The notes: generated by a model not told the origin, from the letters alone. Positions 1-11,984 are shown, numbered from the stretch's first letter. The stretch: DNA of 64,000 nt from Takakia lepidozioides (GCA_030704615.1 CM060731.1:65658001-65722000); one strand, 5' to 3'. Numbers and translations: made by a program.

Positions 1-1463
1 TGTAGGTCCAATCTGACCTCCCGATGCCAAGATACACAAAAATGCAGATGCGTGCCATCCCGGCACCATCTCCTCGTCCGTCTCACCATGCCACCGAGCT
101 CCAGTGTCATCCTGCTGGCTCATGCATGGATTGCGACTCAATCCATCCGCATCCCGATTGACCAAACCCGGTCGATGCACAACCTGAAAGTCATACTCCT
201 GGAGTATAAGTGCCCACCGTGCAAGCTTCCCCGTAAGCTTGTCTGACTCCATCAACCACTTGAGTGGCTGGTGATCCGTGACAAGGGTGAAAAGATTGCC
301 GTATAGATAGCACCTGAAGTGTGCCACGGCCCACACTGCAGCTAAGCACTCTCCCTCATATGAGCTGTACTTAGCCTCTGCAGCGTTGTTCGAGCGGCTA
401 GCGTAAGCCACTACGAACTCTCTTCCCTCATCATCCACCTGTGTGAGCACCGCTCCAAGCCCCAGCATGCTCCAATCCGTATGCAGCTGAAAGGGACGCC
501 CCCTGATAGGTCGTCTCAAGATAGGCGCCGAGGTCAACCTCGCCTTGAGCTCTTGAAAAGCTCGTTCCTGCTCATCTTCCCACTGCCACTCCTGGTCCAC
601 CTTGGTCAGCTTGGTTAGAGCCTTTGCAATGGTACTAAATCCCTTGACAAACCGTCTATAATAGTTTGCCAACCCCATGAAAGCTCGAACTCGGCTCACA
701 TCCGTGGGGCGTGGAATTTGTGCAATGGCCTCTACCTTAGTCTGCTGTACCCCAATCCTCCAGGATATCATGTGACCCAGATACTCAATCTGGTTGTGGA
801 AAAACTTGCACTTCCCCGGATGCAACTTCAATCCGTGCGCTCTCAAGCGCTCCAATACCACCTGAAGGTGTCTCTCATGCTCCTCCATCGTAACACTAAA
901 GATGATGATGTCATCTATGTAGCACCGAGCAAAGTCCACCCCTGCTAGAATCCTATCCATGACTCTCTGAAACTCTGCAGGAGCATTCTTAAGCCCAAAT
1001 GGTAAGAACCGCCACTGATATAGGCAATCCTTGCCGTGCTCATTGATCCCCCAGAATGCCGTCTTCTGCTTGTCCGCCTCCTTGATTGGCAACTGGTGAT
1101 ATCCGGATCGTAAATCCAAAGTGTGCTAAAGGCCTTAGCATGCCCGATGGCATCAAAGATCTCCTCTGGTGTTGGCATGGCATACTTATCGGACTTGGTC
1201 TGACGATTTACAGGCCGGTAATCACCGCACATACGTCTCTCCGTCCAATTGCCATAGACATCCTTCTTGGCTGGCATCACTGTGGCTGAAGCATACTCTC
1301 CACCAGAGAGCTCCACCAAACCTGCCTCCCAGAGATCTTGAGTCCTCATCTGAATCAAAGACCTCTCCATGTCACTGTATCTATAGGGTCTCCGAAAGAT
1401 TGGCGTGTCAGTGGCCAACTCAATACGGATCTCTTGACCCTTCAGTGCTCCCAAGTCCTTCAA
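1..1463 (-). CDS. Reverse transcriptase and RNase H domains of element A pol (frameshifted)
   Basis: RMCGDYRPVN, LPFGLKNAPAEFQ and YIDD motifs; RNase H reads TDWS..GLGAVL, YSSYEGECLAAVWA and LARWALILQEYDF. Confidence 0.92.
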
Positions 1464-1909
1464 ACTGAAGGCAAAGCAATTCCTGTAAGCCCTCAGGAAC
1501 CGCCGTATACGTCGTCTCTCTCCTCCGGTGACAATGGGTCCAATGTCAGGCTCCCAATTGTCCTCCGTAACTACAACCTTAAGTCCAGTGGGCTTAGAGG
1601 TAGAGGACGCGTCCCGTGGTTGCTATGCTGCAACCTCTTGAGCAGTACTCCCCTGCTCTCAGTCAATGACAAGGCATCATCCTGCCCCATCATCTCATCC
1701 TTGAGGACCTCCTCAACTCGAGAAGAATCCCCAACCTCATCCATCACAGCCGCCTTGGCTGCCAACTCCCTCTGAACCTCGAGCACCTCCCACGTGTGCC
1801 ATGGATGCATGCACCCCGTGGTCCTCATATGCTCGCCCCCACTCACTGCCTGTACCGTCTCGGTAGGCAGAGAGACCATTGAGGGAAGTGTATTCCGCAC
1901 TCTGCGTTG

Positions 1910-2870
1910 CTCAGCTAGAGCCAAGCTGATAATCCAGGTCAAGCAATTGAGATCCATTGCTTGCCCCAACACTTGACGACGTGATGCCTCAGAAAAGAGA
2001 CGACACCGCCGTGGTACCAGTGGGTAAAACCCATTGCCCGCTCACGCTCGTCAGCATTAGGCTCCACTAACTGCTGCAACTGAGCATCCCACAGGAGGCC
2101 AGGTCCACTATCCCGGAAAGCATGCGATCCTGGGAAGCTGAGCAGTGTAGGTAATGCTGCTCGTGGTTGACCCACCTTGTTGACCACTGCCAAAGGCGAA
2201 CGGTCATCGTGTCTCACACGTTGAGACTGCCTCCCTGTGTCCAGAATGTTATCCACTGTGAGATGTGCTGGCCGCTGCACCCCATCAAATGCACGCTTGA
2301 GCAGTGCGGGTGGCATCATGTTAGTCCACCATAGCGTGGACGATGAGCCCGTGACCCCACTGTAGCTGCATCTAGCAACACTGCTGACCCAAGCCACGAC
2401 CGGACTTGATGCACACTGGCCATCACCCTGGCCCGAGAATCGCCCATCAGTGGCACATTCTCCAAGATGTATGCTGGAGATACAGCTTGATGAAGCTGCA
2501 AGTGGCGCAAAACCCGCACCATCTCCCAAAACAGACCCGACCTCGAGTCTCGCAATCCATTGCCATGCCCGGCTGATGAATGCCCTTGGCAGGGCCAACC
2601 TGCCACTACCAGATCAATGGAGCCAACCCGCTCCAAATCCTGCGCCCCCAGCAACGAAATGTCTGCTGGCAAGGCCTGCTGATATCCACGAATTGCAGAC
2701 ACCGACAACAACTCAGGGTACCGCTGCACCAACTGAGCAACATGGCGAAGTGAAACGCGTCGTGCAGTCTCATCCCTCTCCACATACAGGTAACGCCGAA
2801 CTCGTACACCTGCTGTAACACAGCAGCCAATCCGGTGCTGATCCCCCAAACAAGTCCAGAAGACAAATGC
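1910..2870 (-). CDS. DNMT3-like DNA (cytosine-5) methyltransferase domain embedded in the gypsy polyprotein
   Basis: Joining ORFs 2770-3396, 2606-2866, 2316-3140, 1939-2598 and 1571-1972 across 1-bp slips gives, in order: motif I LLDLFGGIST, II YVERD, IV AGWPCQGHS (PCQ at 2586-2594), V RSGLF, VI ILENV (ENV at 2454-2462), VIII DAATVGSRAHRPRLWWTN, IX ERERAMGF and X LGQAMD. Confidence 0.92.
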
Positions 2871-3289
2871 CTTCATCCGGAGACTGCCACACAATAGGTG
2901 TGGTGTCCAATGGAGACAATTGAGGTGGTCCTGGTGCAATCCCCACACTCTCCTCCTCTCCTGACGGTACAAAAGCCTCCACCCAGGCTTGTTGCACCCG
3001 TCGATCAGCATCCCGCTGCAAATCCTTGCTCGTGCCCCACAATGGAGTCTGAGCAACCATGGTAGGCAACTCCGCCATACCATACATGTCATCCTGCTCT
3101 CCCGGAGGTGGTACATCCTCTGAATGAGCATTGCCCTCAAGCAACTCTCTAGGCCAACTCACTGCCGCTGTGAATGCTGCTAGTGTCGGCATCTTGCCTC
3201 GCTGGGCAACCGCAACTCCTCCTATGAACGTCACAGGGAGCTGCACACGCCGGCCCTCCCCTGACTGCCATGCAGGCCTATAGGAAGCT

Positions 3290-3700
3290 GACTCCTCCCA
3301 AAAATCCAGGGTGAAGCCCATGGGGTACAACACTGCCCCACCAACCAGGACATCGTATGAGACTGCGTCTGTCACAATGGCCTTGGCTCGCATCACTGAG
3401 CCATCTGTGTAGGGTGATCCGGCCGTAGTCTGATAGCCAACTCATGCCGTGTCATGCCCCGAGCCTGCTCCGATCCTCCCAGAGACGTCTGTATCTGGAA
3501 AGGACAAGGCTCCATATCCGCCTCCGTGAGGCCCAAGCCTGCAATAGCAGCTCTGCCCAGCATCAGTGGCTGAGCTCCCGAGTCCAACAAGACTCGCAGT
3601 GGCCGGTACCTCTTGCCTGCCGGTCCACTCAAACAGAAAATGCCATCCTGGTTGTCTAACATGACAACTCCAGGTGTCACCATGGCGCGCTCAATGGCTG
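3290..3700 (-). CDS. Retropepsin (aspartic protease) domain of element A
   Basis: RVLLDSGAQPLMLG active-site motif and downstream YDVLVGG. Confidence 0.85.
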
Positions 3701-4349
3701 GCCTAGCTGGCAGCTCCATCAACCTGGCAGCTGCAGCTTGCCATGGCGCCGCCGTGGCAGTCTTGACCCTCAAATCCGAGGATCCCTCCGGCACTACACC
3801 TCCCACTATCTCCGCAGAAGATGAAGTACCTCCCCACTCTCACAGAGTGTAGCTGCCAGCCTGAACACCTCAGCTGGTCTTACCCCCGGCGTCGCAATCA
3901 TGGTAGCCGAGAACAATGGAGCCTGGCACACAGATGTGGCCGCTCCTAGCAGCACACTAGCTGCCGTAGCCTTGGCAACACTAGGTAGTGGTGCTACCCG
4001 TGTAGCTCTCCCCAATGGCATAGTAACCTCCGCCTCGGTAACAGTCGGGCGAGAACTAGGTGCCATGGATGGCGTCGACACTGTCTCCGCCAATGTGAAT
4101 GACTGAGGAAGCCTAGCCTGACGGCTTGCCTCCCACGCTGTGGATCCAACTCCACCTCTGCACCTCGTGGCTCAGGAACTCGTGCTCCTCGAGTCACGGC
4201 TGCAGCAGACTCCACCTGCACTAGTGGTAGTGCTGCTCCACACATGAATCCCATGCCTCCCATATCTCCTCCCTCAGGAGCAGGAGGTGGACCATCCGGC
4301 CTTAGAGCCGGTACCACCTGAGCTGTAGCCATGGCAGCGAGCCTCTGCT

Positions 4350-5818
4350 CTAGCTGCTGAAGCCGGTTGGCCATGCCTTGGTCAACACCCTGACCTCCGC
4401 GTCCTTGGCCACGTTGAGCTTGCCCTTGGCCTGCACCTCGTGGCTGGCCACCTCGTCCTCTCTGGGCTGCTCCACCTCGCCCCCGGCCACCATTGTTCCC
4501 TTGGAACTGGCCTGGGCGCAACTCAGGATGCAAACATAACACTGGGCCTCTCCATGCCCGTGTTTGCCACAATGCCCACACTGTAACTGTGCAGGCTGTG
4601 CATGTGCCGGCCCTTTGCCTCCCTCTGGACAATCCTTCTTGACATGGGGTCCTCCACATGTCCAGCACACCACATCCGCCCGTTGTTGGCCAGCAAATGA
4701 AGGGAGAGACCCCTGCATCTGAGGTCCTCTCTGCCCTTCCCTGAGCTTCACCTGAGCCCCCTTGTTGCCTTGAGCACGTTGAGGTAGTGGTTGGCTAGGA
4801 GCACCACTACCCCGTGGTGTCTCCTTAGCAAATCCCACCATGACCACTCGTTCCTCCACCATGTTGAGCTCTATCCGCTCTGCCAGCAAAAAAACATTTG
4901 CTAAGGTGGGTTGGGCCGCTTGTAGGAGAGTTGCATCCCGCACCCTTCTCCTCAGCTCCTTGTCCAATATCCCATACCAGAATTGGACTGCCTGAGCTTC
5001 CGTAACCCCTTGGGTTACATTTATCAAGCGCCTCATGCGAGTGAAAGCCTCCCTCAAGCTCTCGGTCGGCTTCCGTTGGAACTCTTGCAAGCTCCGCAAC
5101 TTCTCTGTCCTCACCCCTTGGTAGTTCCCTCTCAACTCTTCGAAGAACTCCACAACAGGGTTGAAGGCAGGCACGGGTGCTAGTGCTGGTGCGGTAGTGG
5201 CTTGGGTGGACGTCGTAGCTACTGTACCACCAGTCCCACTGCTGCTTGCTGAAGCTGCCGGTGCAGCGGCAGGTGTAGCCACTGCCCTCGTGGCTCTAGT
5301 GCCCCTAGTGATGGAGACATAGTCGGGTGACCAGTACATCCTCCACTCCTCGATCTCAACCTCATGCCCCCGCCTGAACTCATGGTAATCATCCATAGGC
5401 GGCCCCTCAAGGTGCTGAAACAGCCCTTCCATGCCATGAAAGGCGTAAATAGTTGTGGATTGCGCATTTGCTGCAAATCACACCAACTATCAAACTCTTG
5501 GATAAAATCATCCAACTCGATGGTGCCCACCGCCCCAGAGTACCTTCGTGGCCCCTTGGTAGCTCCATACATCTCCTCCATTGTGTCCCACAATGGCAAA
5601 GAAACAACTTGCACCGCCGGTATGAGTCCTCCTGATTCACAATCCGAATCAGAACCTTCCGTAGAAGACACAGGAGGTGAAGGTGGCCTAAACCGCACAC
5701 CTCGTCTCGTGTACCCACTAGTATCGCTAGTGCTCGAACCGGCACTGTCCCCAGCAACTAGTGGCACCTCCGTGTTGACACTCAACCGGTCATGAACATG
5801 TCCTAACCCCCTCTTCAC
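4350..5818 (-). CDS. Gag of element A (frameshifted)
   Basis: Gag-like core (FQRKPTESLREAFTRM...FWYGILDKELR) with zinc knuckles CWTCGGPHVKKDC and CGHCGKHGHGEAQC. The start position is uncertain. Confidence 0.85.
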
Positions 5819-6499
5819 AAGGTAACCGGGTAGAGAACCTGTTGCGGCTTATGGTTTGGAATACTAAGTTCCTAACATAGCCTACACCTGTACCTGCATC
5901 CACCGCAAGCACTCCTATGGTTGGCTGGTCATCACCTCCAACCTCACCAGGAGAAACAATGATGGTCTGGCTGGTCATCACCCAGCCTCACCATCGACAG
6001 CATGCTCTAGGACTGGCCGGTGATCAAATCCGGACCAATCACCTATAAAAACAAGCGCCCACAAAAACTAGCATGGCGCACAGTCAAGCATGCAGGTATG
6101 GAGGGGATCCAAACACAAGAAATCAGATCGACAACTCCCCCACACCAAAAACAACTCCACGGTGTTGCTCCTGCAAGGACACCCCAGCCCAAACCCGGAC
6201 TGACTCTTGCCTCCACCTACGGAAAGGTCTTGGCCTAATGAGAGGGTGGAAACTACGAGGAAGAGAAGCTAAAGCAATGCCTAACCCCAGCATGCTCTCA
6301 TCCCAACACTCTGCCTCCTCTCTACCCTCACTTGCATGACCATGGGAATATCATGAAGATACTCCTCAAACCGCCCTCCACGAGCTTCAAAATTCGGCCT
6401 TCCAGACCACATGCCAGTCCTTAGGCAGTCCACCAGTGCCTCCACGAGTCAGCACAGGCCGTCCACAGGTCAACACGGGCCACCACAGACCAGCACAGG

Positions 6500-7430
6500 C
6501 CCACACAGCTCACTGGTCACAACCGTCACAGTCCCACAGCCACTGGGCACAGTCACAGCCTGCCTCAGGCACGGCCTGTCACAGCCCCTCACAGCCCGTC
6601 ACAGAGGCCACATCACAACAACAGCCCCAAAGGCCACACGGCCTGTTCACAGTGTCCTCACATCACAGCCCCAAAGGCCTCAGGCACGGCCTGTCACAGC
6701 CCCTCACAGCCCCTCACAGCCTCAAAGGCCTCAGGCACGGCCTGTCACAGCCCCTCACAGCCCCACAGCCCAAAGGCCACACGCCTGTCACAGGCCCGTC
6801 ACAGCCCCAAAGGCCAGGCACGGCCTGTCACAGCCCCTCACAGCCCGTCACAGCCCCAAAGGCCACACGGCCTGTCACAGCCCCTCACAGCCCGTCACAG
6901 CCCAAAGGCCTGGGCACGGCCTGTCACAGCCCCTCACAGCCGTCACAGCCCCAAAGGCCACGGCCTGTCACAGTCACAGCCCGTCACAGCCCCCCTCACA
7001 CGGCCTGTCACAGCCCTCACAGCCCGTCACAGCCCCAAAGGCCATGGGCACGGCCTGTCACAGCCCTCACAGCCCGTCACAGCCTCAAAGGCCTCAGGGC
7101 ATCACAGCCCTCACAGCCCCAAAGGCCATGGGCACAGCCCACCACACAGCCTGTCACAGGTCACAGCCCACACACAGCCCATCAGCCCGTCACAGCCCCA
7201 CACACTCACATCACAGGTGCCTCACAGCCCGTCAGCACCGTCACAGCCCCACAGGCAGCCTGTCACAGCCCCTTCAGTCACACAGCCCGTCACAGCCCAA
7301 AGGCCTCAGGCAGTCACAGCCCCTCACACACAGGGCCTCACAGCCTGTCACAGCCCCCTCACACACAGCCTCACATGTCACAGCCCCTCACAGCCCGTCA
7401 CACAGCTTGCCACAGCCTGTCACAGCCCAC
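6500..7430. repeat. Degenerate minisatellite built from TCACAGCC / GGCCTGTCACAGCCC units in the 5' UTR of element A
   Basis: Dozens of copies of tcacagcc interspersed with cccaaaggcc and cacggcctg. Confidence 0.9.
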
Positions 7431-8686
7431 ACATGGCCGCTCTGGCAGTTTAGCCATTTCTCCAAGGGGTTTAGCCACGCCAAGCTAGGGTTTGTGTCTC
7501 TTGGACTCTAGGCTTCTTTCCACCGAGCTATGGTGGCTGTGAGGAAATCAGCAAGGTATCCTTGCTCTTTCGGCTCCCACACACCACCATAGTAGCCCTA
7601 AGCCATGAGGTGGTTGCCACAAACCAAGCCTTCTTTCTCACTTAGCCTCCCCAAACACGCCACTAAACTCAATGGCAAACAACCAAGCCCTGCTGGTTCC
7701 CAGCCCTTGTGAGCACTCATTCAAGCACTCTCATTGGCCATAACATCTGTCTTAGAGCCTATTCCAGCCCTCTACACCTGTTGCTTCAAGAGTTGCGCTC
7801 CCTTCAAGCTTGAAGTTGAAACCCCAACTCACATAGGCCCTACAAGTGCTTTTCTTTCACTCCAAGTGGAAACCAGCCCTAGACCTTCCGTTCTAGCTCT
7901 CTAAGGCTTGAAAACAAGAGCCTCAATGGGCTGAAGGCATGCTCCACACATGCCCCACTCTCACCATAAGAGAATCAGCTCCTTTGCTTCATTTCTTGCA
8001 CCCACAAACCTGAAAATACAAGCTTCAGCAGGCTGAAAGCATGCTCTACATGCCCTACAGGGAAACCAGCCCCTTCCTTCCTTCCTTGCACTCCCACACC
8101 TAAAAGTGCAAGCCTTCACCAGGCTGATAGCATGCTCCACACATACATTGCCCTCACATAAGGGAAGTCAGCCCTTCCCTCTTCCTTGCTTGCCCTCCAA
8201 GCTTGAAGATGGAAGCTTCAATGAGCTGAATACATGCTCCACACATGCAACCTCTTCACACAAGAGATATCAGCCCCCTATCTTGGCTCCTTGGCTCCTT
8301 GATGCTCTCTAGACAAGACTAAGCACTCCACAGCCTTTGCCAAGCTCCTGAAACCCTAAGGCTTACATTTCCAGCCACAAGACACTTCTCTTGTGGTGCA
8401 AAGCTCTTTTCCAAGCTCTGAAACCCCAGGTGCACATTCCATGGCCTTGCCGCACCTCTTAGCTCCTGTTCCAGCCCCTGCAGCATGGTGCTTTCATCTC
8501 TGAAGCTGAAGATCGAATGCCAAGGTCTACCACCTCGTAACCCACATCGCCTCCGCTTCTAACAACCAAGAGCTCCATGGTGCTCCTTGCATAACAACTT
8601 GGTTTCTCTCAATCTCAAGCAAAAACCACAAGTGCTACAACTAACTCGTATCTAGCACTCATAGATACGAGCTGATCTTTCTCGAG

Positions 8687-9003
8687 TGATAAAGAAGAAG
8701 AATACAAGCACAAGCTCACAAATCTGAAGCATAAACTCATGCATATATAACCTCATCACTCAAATACAAGTCAAGCCAAGTGCACCCCACGCCATGGGGA
8801 ATCCACACTACGGCGCCATAGCTAGGCGCGGTGAGGCTCAACTCGAGAAAGATGAGCCTCCCGCGCTTGCCGTGAAGATAACCACTCCAGGGCCTAAATC
8901 TGCCTTGACCCCTGGATTGACACTTGGGCCAATCCCAAATGTCAATATGTAAAAGATAGCTATTTCCTAGCTAATTTCACACTAGTGGTAAAATAACTTG
9001 ACA
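8687..9003 (-). repeat. 5' LTR of element A (317 bp, TG...CA)
   Basis: Minus strand reads TGTCAAG...CTTTATCA. CSI1 coding sequence stops at 9004. An independent copy of the LTR 3' end (9679-9751) ends at the same TTTATCA. Confidence 0.8.
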
Positions 9004-9670
9004 GCTGAATACCACCAGCCTCAGCCACTGCACGCTTGTTGGACCGGCTGTTGCACACCAAGTTTTGCAGTGCGCACACGGCCACCATCTTCATTTTGGT
9101 TGATCCTCCAACAAGCTCACCAAAGCACGACAGGCTGATACTGCATCACTACTGCGAGACAGGCCCTGATGCTGAAACAGATCCCCTAATGCCAATGCTG
9201 CCAACAGCCTTGCTGGCTGCATTCGTGTCTGTGGGTCGAGCAAGTACTGTGACAAGATGCAATGGCAAGTTTGGCCACCTCATGTCACGAACTTTGACGT
9301 TGTTGAACAAGGCCTCCACAAGGCGTGCCGCAGTTTTCTCGCACTGATGGCACCGTAGTAGCTCCAACAGTGCCTCCACTGCACCTGTCTCAGCCATGCC
9401 TTCAGCACTAGATGCATTATCCCTCTCCAGAACTAGCAGTGCACTCAGTGCCACCACCACTGTTGCCTCATAGGTTGGGCGCAGCAACTTCACAAGCACC
9501 GCAACTGGTACTTTGAGATAATACTGTGAGCTGAAACGGAGCACATTGGAAAGCACCAGTGCTGCTGCTTCCAAAAGGGCATGTGGAGGCTGAGGATCCA
9601 CTTGCAGAATGAGGGCGGAAAGCTCCACTATGCCCCCTGCATCCGCCACTGCATTGGGCCAACTATTTGA
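9004..9670 (-). pseudogene. CSI1: Fragment of CELLULOSE SYNTHASE INTERACTIVE 1 / POM2 family ARM-repeat gene
   Basis: [12 protein letters not shown]...ALSALLVLE...[27 protein letters not shown], then in another frame [30 protein letters not shown], matches the C-terminal ARM region of CSI1 as I recall it. It is frameshifted and cut by LTR sequence on both sides. Confidence 0.85.
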
Positions 9671-9678
9671 TGCTCTCT

Positions 9679-9751
9679 GTGATGAGGTTATATATGCATG
9701 AGTTTATGCTTCAGATTTGTGAGCTCGTGCTTGTATTCTTCTTCTTTATCA
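9679..9751 (+). repeat. 3' end of an element-A-type LTR in inverted orientation
   Basis: Reverse complement of 8687-8759 (73 bp, 1 mismatch). Confidence 0.9.
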
Positions 9752-9752
9752 T

Positions 9753-9940
9753 TGTGTGGACTAGTGACTGCCATAGTGGGCAGCATAGTGGCAGCCTAGT
9801 GACTGACTAGTTGTAGCCTAGTGGTTGGACTAGTGGTTGGACTAGTGGTGGACTAGTGGTATACTAGTGTGTGGTGTGCACATGTGTTGTGTGGTTTTGT
9901 ACAGTGATGTAGTTGTGTAGCGATACGTATGCGCACGACA
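9753..9940 (+). repeat. Solo LTR related to the LTR of the PHD-gypsy fragment
   Basis: TG...CA termini. The 3' end GATGTAGTTGTGTAGCGATAYGTATGCGCACGACA is shared with the reverse complement of 32614-32650. Internal GACTAGTGGT repeats. Confidence 0.7.
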
Positions 9941-10988
9941 AGGTCGACAACGACTTTTCATGTGAGTAAGTGCTAAACCCTCTTTGGGAGCCATACTCAA
10001 TTTCTCAATAACATCAAAGTTACAGTAATAACTTTTTCAGGCTGTCTTTCAGGAAAGGCAGCGGTGGATCTTCAGGAGATACAGTCATTTCTGGCGAGTC
10101 TGTTTTTCGACAGCCCCCTTTCCAATTTTCTGCTTCTTGTTTATGCCGAAGCAATGGCACTTCACGCGGCCGAGTCCCTATCCCCTGACTTTTTACTGCC
10201 CAGCCGTAGGTGTATCCAGCGTGGATCCGGTGTTCTAAAATACTTAGACTTAGATGCAGAGGAAGCGGGGATACATTGTACTAACTCTGAGTCAGACTGA
10301 ACTATATTCTTTTAATATTCATTTTCATACTATCTGGAAAACATTGAATCCCCTTCCTCCGCCGTAGTTGTTCCTTTAGAACAAATAATAAACACATAAT
10401 CAACTTTCATTTAAATTGCAATATGTATGAATCCATCTCACAAACCTCCCTGACTCTTCTCATATCCATTGTGCATTCATCTACAGTGTATTCATGCGTG
10501 TGCTCCATTCATGAATGTTTTCCTTTGTTCAACATCCATTGTACATTCATCCTCTGTACTCTTTAATCCACCCCACAAACCTTCCACACTCATTTCATAT
10601 ACGTTGTGCATTCGTCAAAAGTTTTGGTCATGCATCTTCCTGTCATGAATTTTTGTCATTGCTCGACATCCATTATACATTCATCCATTTTACTCTTATC
10701 CATCCCTCATTCATCCATCTACATTCATTTTTCACACTCATCCATCTGTTTATCATCCAACTGACATTCATCCATCCTTTATTCAATGACTTTTATTATG
10801 TCGTCCAGCTTGTTTCCGCGGTAAAGGGTGCCAATCCGCGGGAATACACTCCACTTCTTTCTGGGCGCGTGGTGACGCGGCCTTCACGTGTGATGACGTG
10901 GAGTGAGCCCCGTGACGTGGCATTGGCGCAAAGTGACGTGGCGTGAGCGCTCACGCGCTCACGTGACCAGGCTCACGCCGAGGCATCC
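9941..10988. mobile_element. Right-end remnant of the Mutator-like element (copy A)
   Basis: Near-identical to 46561-47612 and followed by the same CTGGGCTGAAAT (10989-11000). Confidence 0.88.
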
Positions 10989-11255
10989 CTGGGCTGAAAT
11001 GGAGAAGTACCATTTGTGTGGGACTGATGAAGAGCCGCACACGTGCGCTAGTGTCGCGCAAGCCCTCTGATGCGCGCAAAAAAGACGACGCAAGCTGGGC
11101 ATGGGGTACGGTCTGATGAGAGAGGCGCATGCTGTCGGGGTAAGAGTGATGGGGTCGGCAATGCAGGTTGCACAACTGGAGAAGAAGTGACTGGCGTGGG
11201 ACCTCGAATCCTACCTGAGAGGCGCAGTGGGGGAGGGCTCAACAGACACTGTGGG

Positions 11256-11982
11256 TGTCGCGCCCCCTTGCCTTGAGAGCAGGGGGGTCGGGACACATGA
11301 GGGGCTGCCCCTGTGGTGGGGGCAGCGGCAGCGATAGGTATGGGGGGCTGAAGCACCCTTGAGTGCCCAAGGCACTCAAGGAGGCGGAGGCGCTCACTAG
11401 GTGGAGCCCCGCACACCGGGTTGCGGTGGGGGTGGCTCCACAAGGGGTGGTGGTAGCTTAGTGGGACTTAGCGGGGGTGGCATAGGACTCACCATGGGGG
11501 CGGAGACCTCGTGGTGGGAGTCGTGGGGAGTCTTGGGACTCATCACGGTCCATAGGGGCCGTGGTGAGTGGGCCAAGACTCACCGCGACTCATCACCGGG
11601 AGTCGAGGGTTTTCGTGGTGGTTCGCCATAAAATGGCATGGCTGGTTGTGAAACCCCCGCGGACAGCTACAGAAGTATATATAGGGAGTAGTAACCCCGA
11701 GAACGGTGCAAGCCCGTTGGTGACCAAAAACTAGTGAGTAAGCGAGCGAGCCGGAAAGCGACCAAAGAGTGGGGAGCTGTTCCGGACTGCCATCTACCAA
11801 AGGGAATTCCACAAGGCCCAAATAGGTGGAGGGTTTAGTGGGGGAGCGAAGGGGGACCGTTATGTCCCGGTGAGCAGCCGAAGCTCCAAGTTGGCCCGGC
11901 GGCCAGGTTGGGAGTCAGGCGCGCGCATCAAAGCGAGTAACTATGACTTGAAGGGGAGTTTACTGAAGTGAGGTGCGCGACA
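11256..11982 (+). repeat. 5' LTR of element B (727 bp)
   Basis: TG...CA termini. The 3' LTR is split into 14385-14676 (inverted) and 17766-18185. Confidence 0.93.
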
Positions 11983-11984
11983 CT

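Larger units (their letters stand above)
1..9003 (-). mobile_element. Ty3/gypsy LTR retrotransposon (element A) carrying a DNMT3-like methyltransferase; 3' part runs off the window start
   Basis: Minus-strand order is LTR (9003-8687), long 5' UTR, gag with two CCHC knuckles, protease (LLDSGA), C5-MTase, RT (CYIDDIIIF near 905-925), RNase H (LHTDWS...EGECLA...TDHQPL). Integrase would lie beyond position 1. Confidence 0.93.

Noticed and set aside
6411-7511. Long + strand ORFs (366 aa and 350 aa)
   Set aside because: They are stop-free only because they run through the TCACAGCC minisatellite; they are antisense to the element and low complexity.
8797-8819. TGGCGCCGT on the minus strand resembling a tRNA PBS
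   Set aside because: It lies inside the LTR and is not preceded by an LTR-terminal CA.
10515-10946. 143-aa His/Ile/Phe-rich ORF
   Set aside because: It is a translation of the CATT/CATC low-complexity subterminal region and is not maintained in the duplicate.
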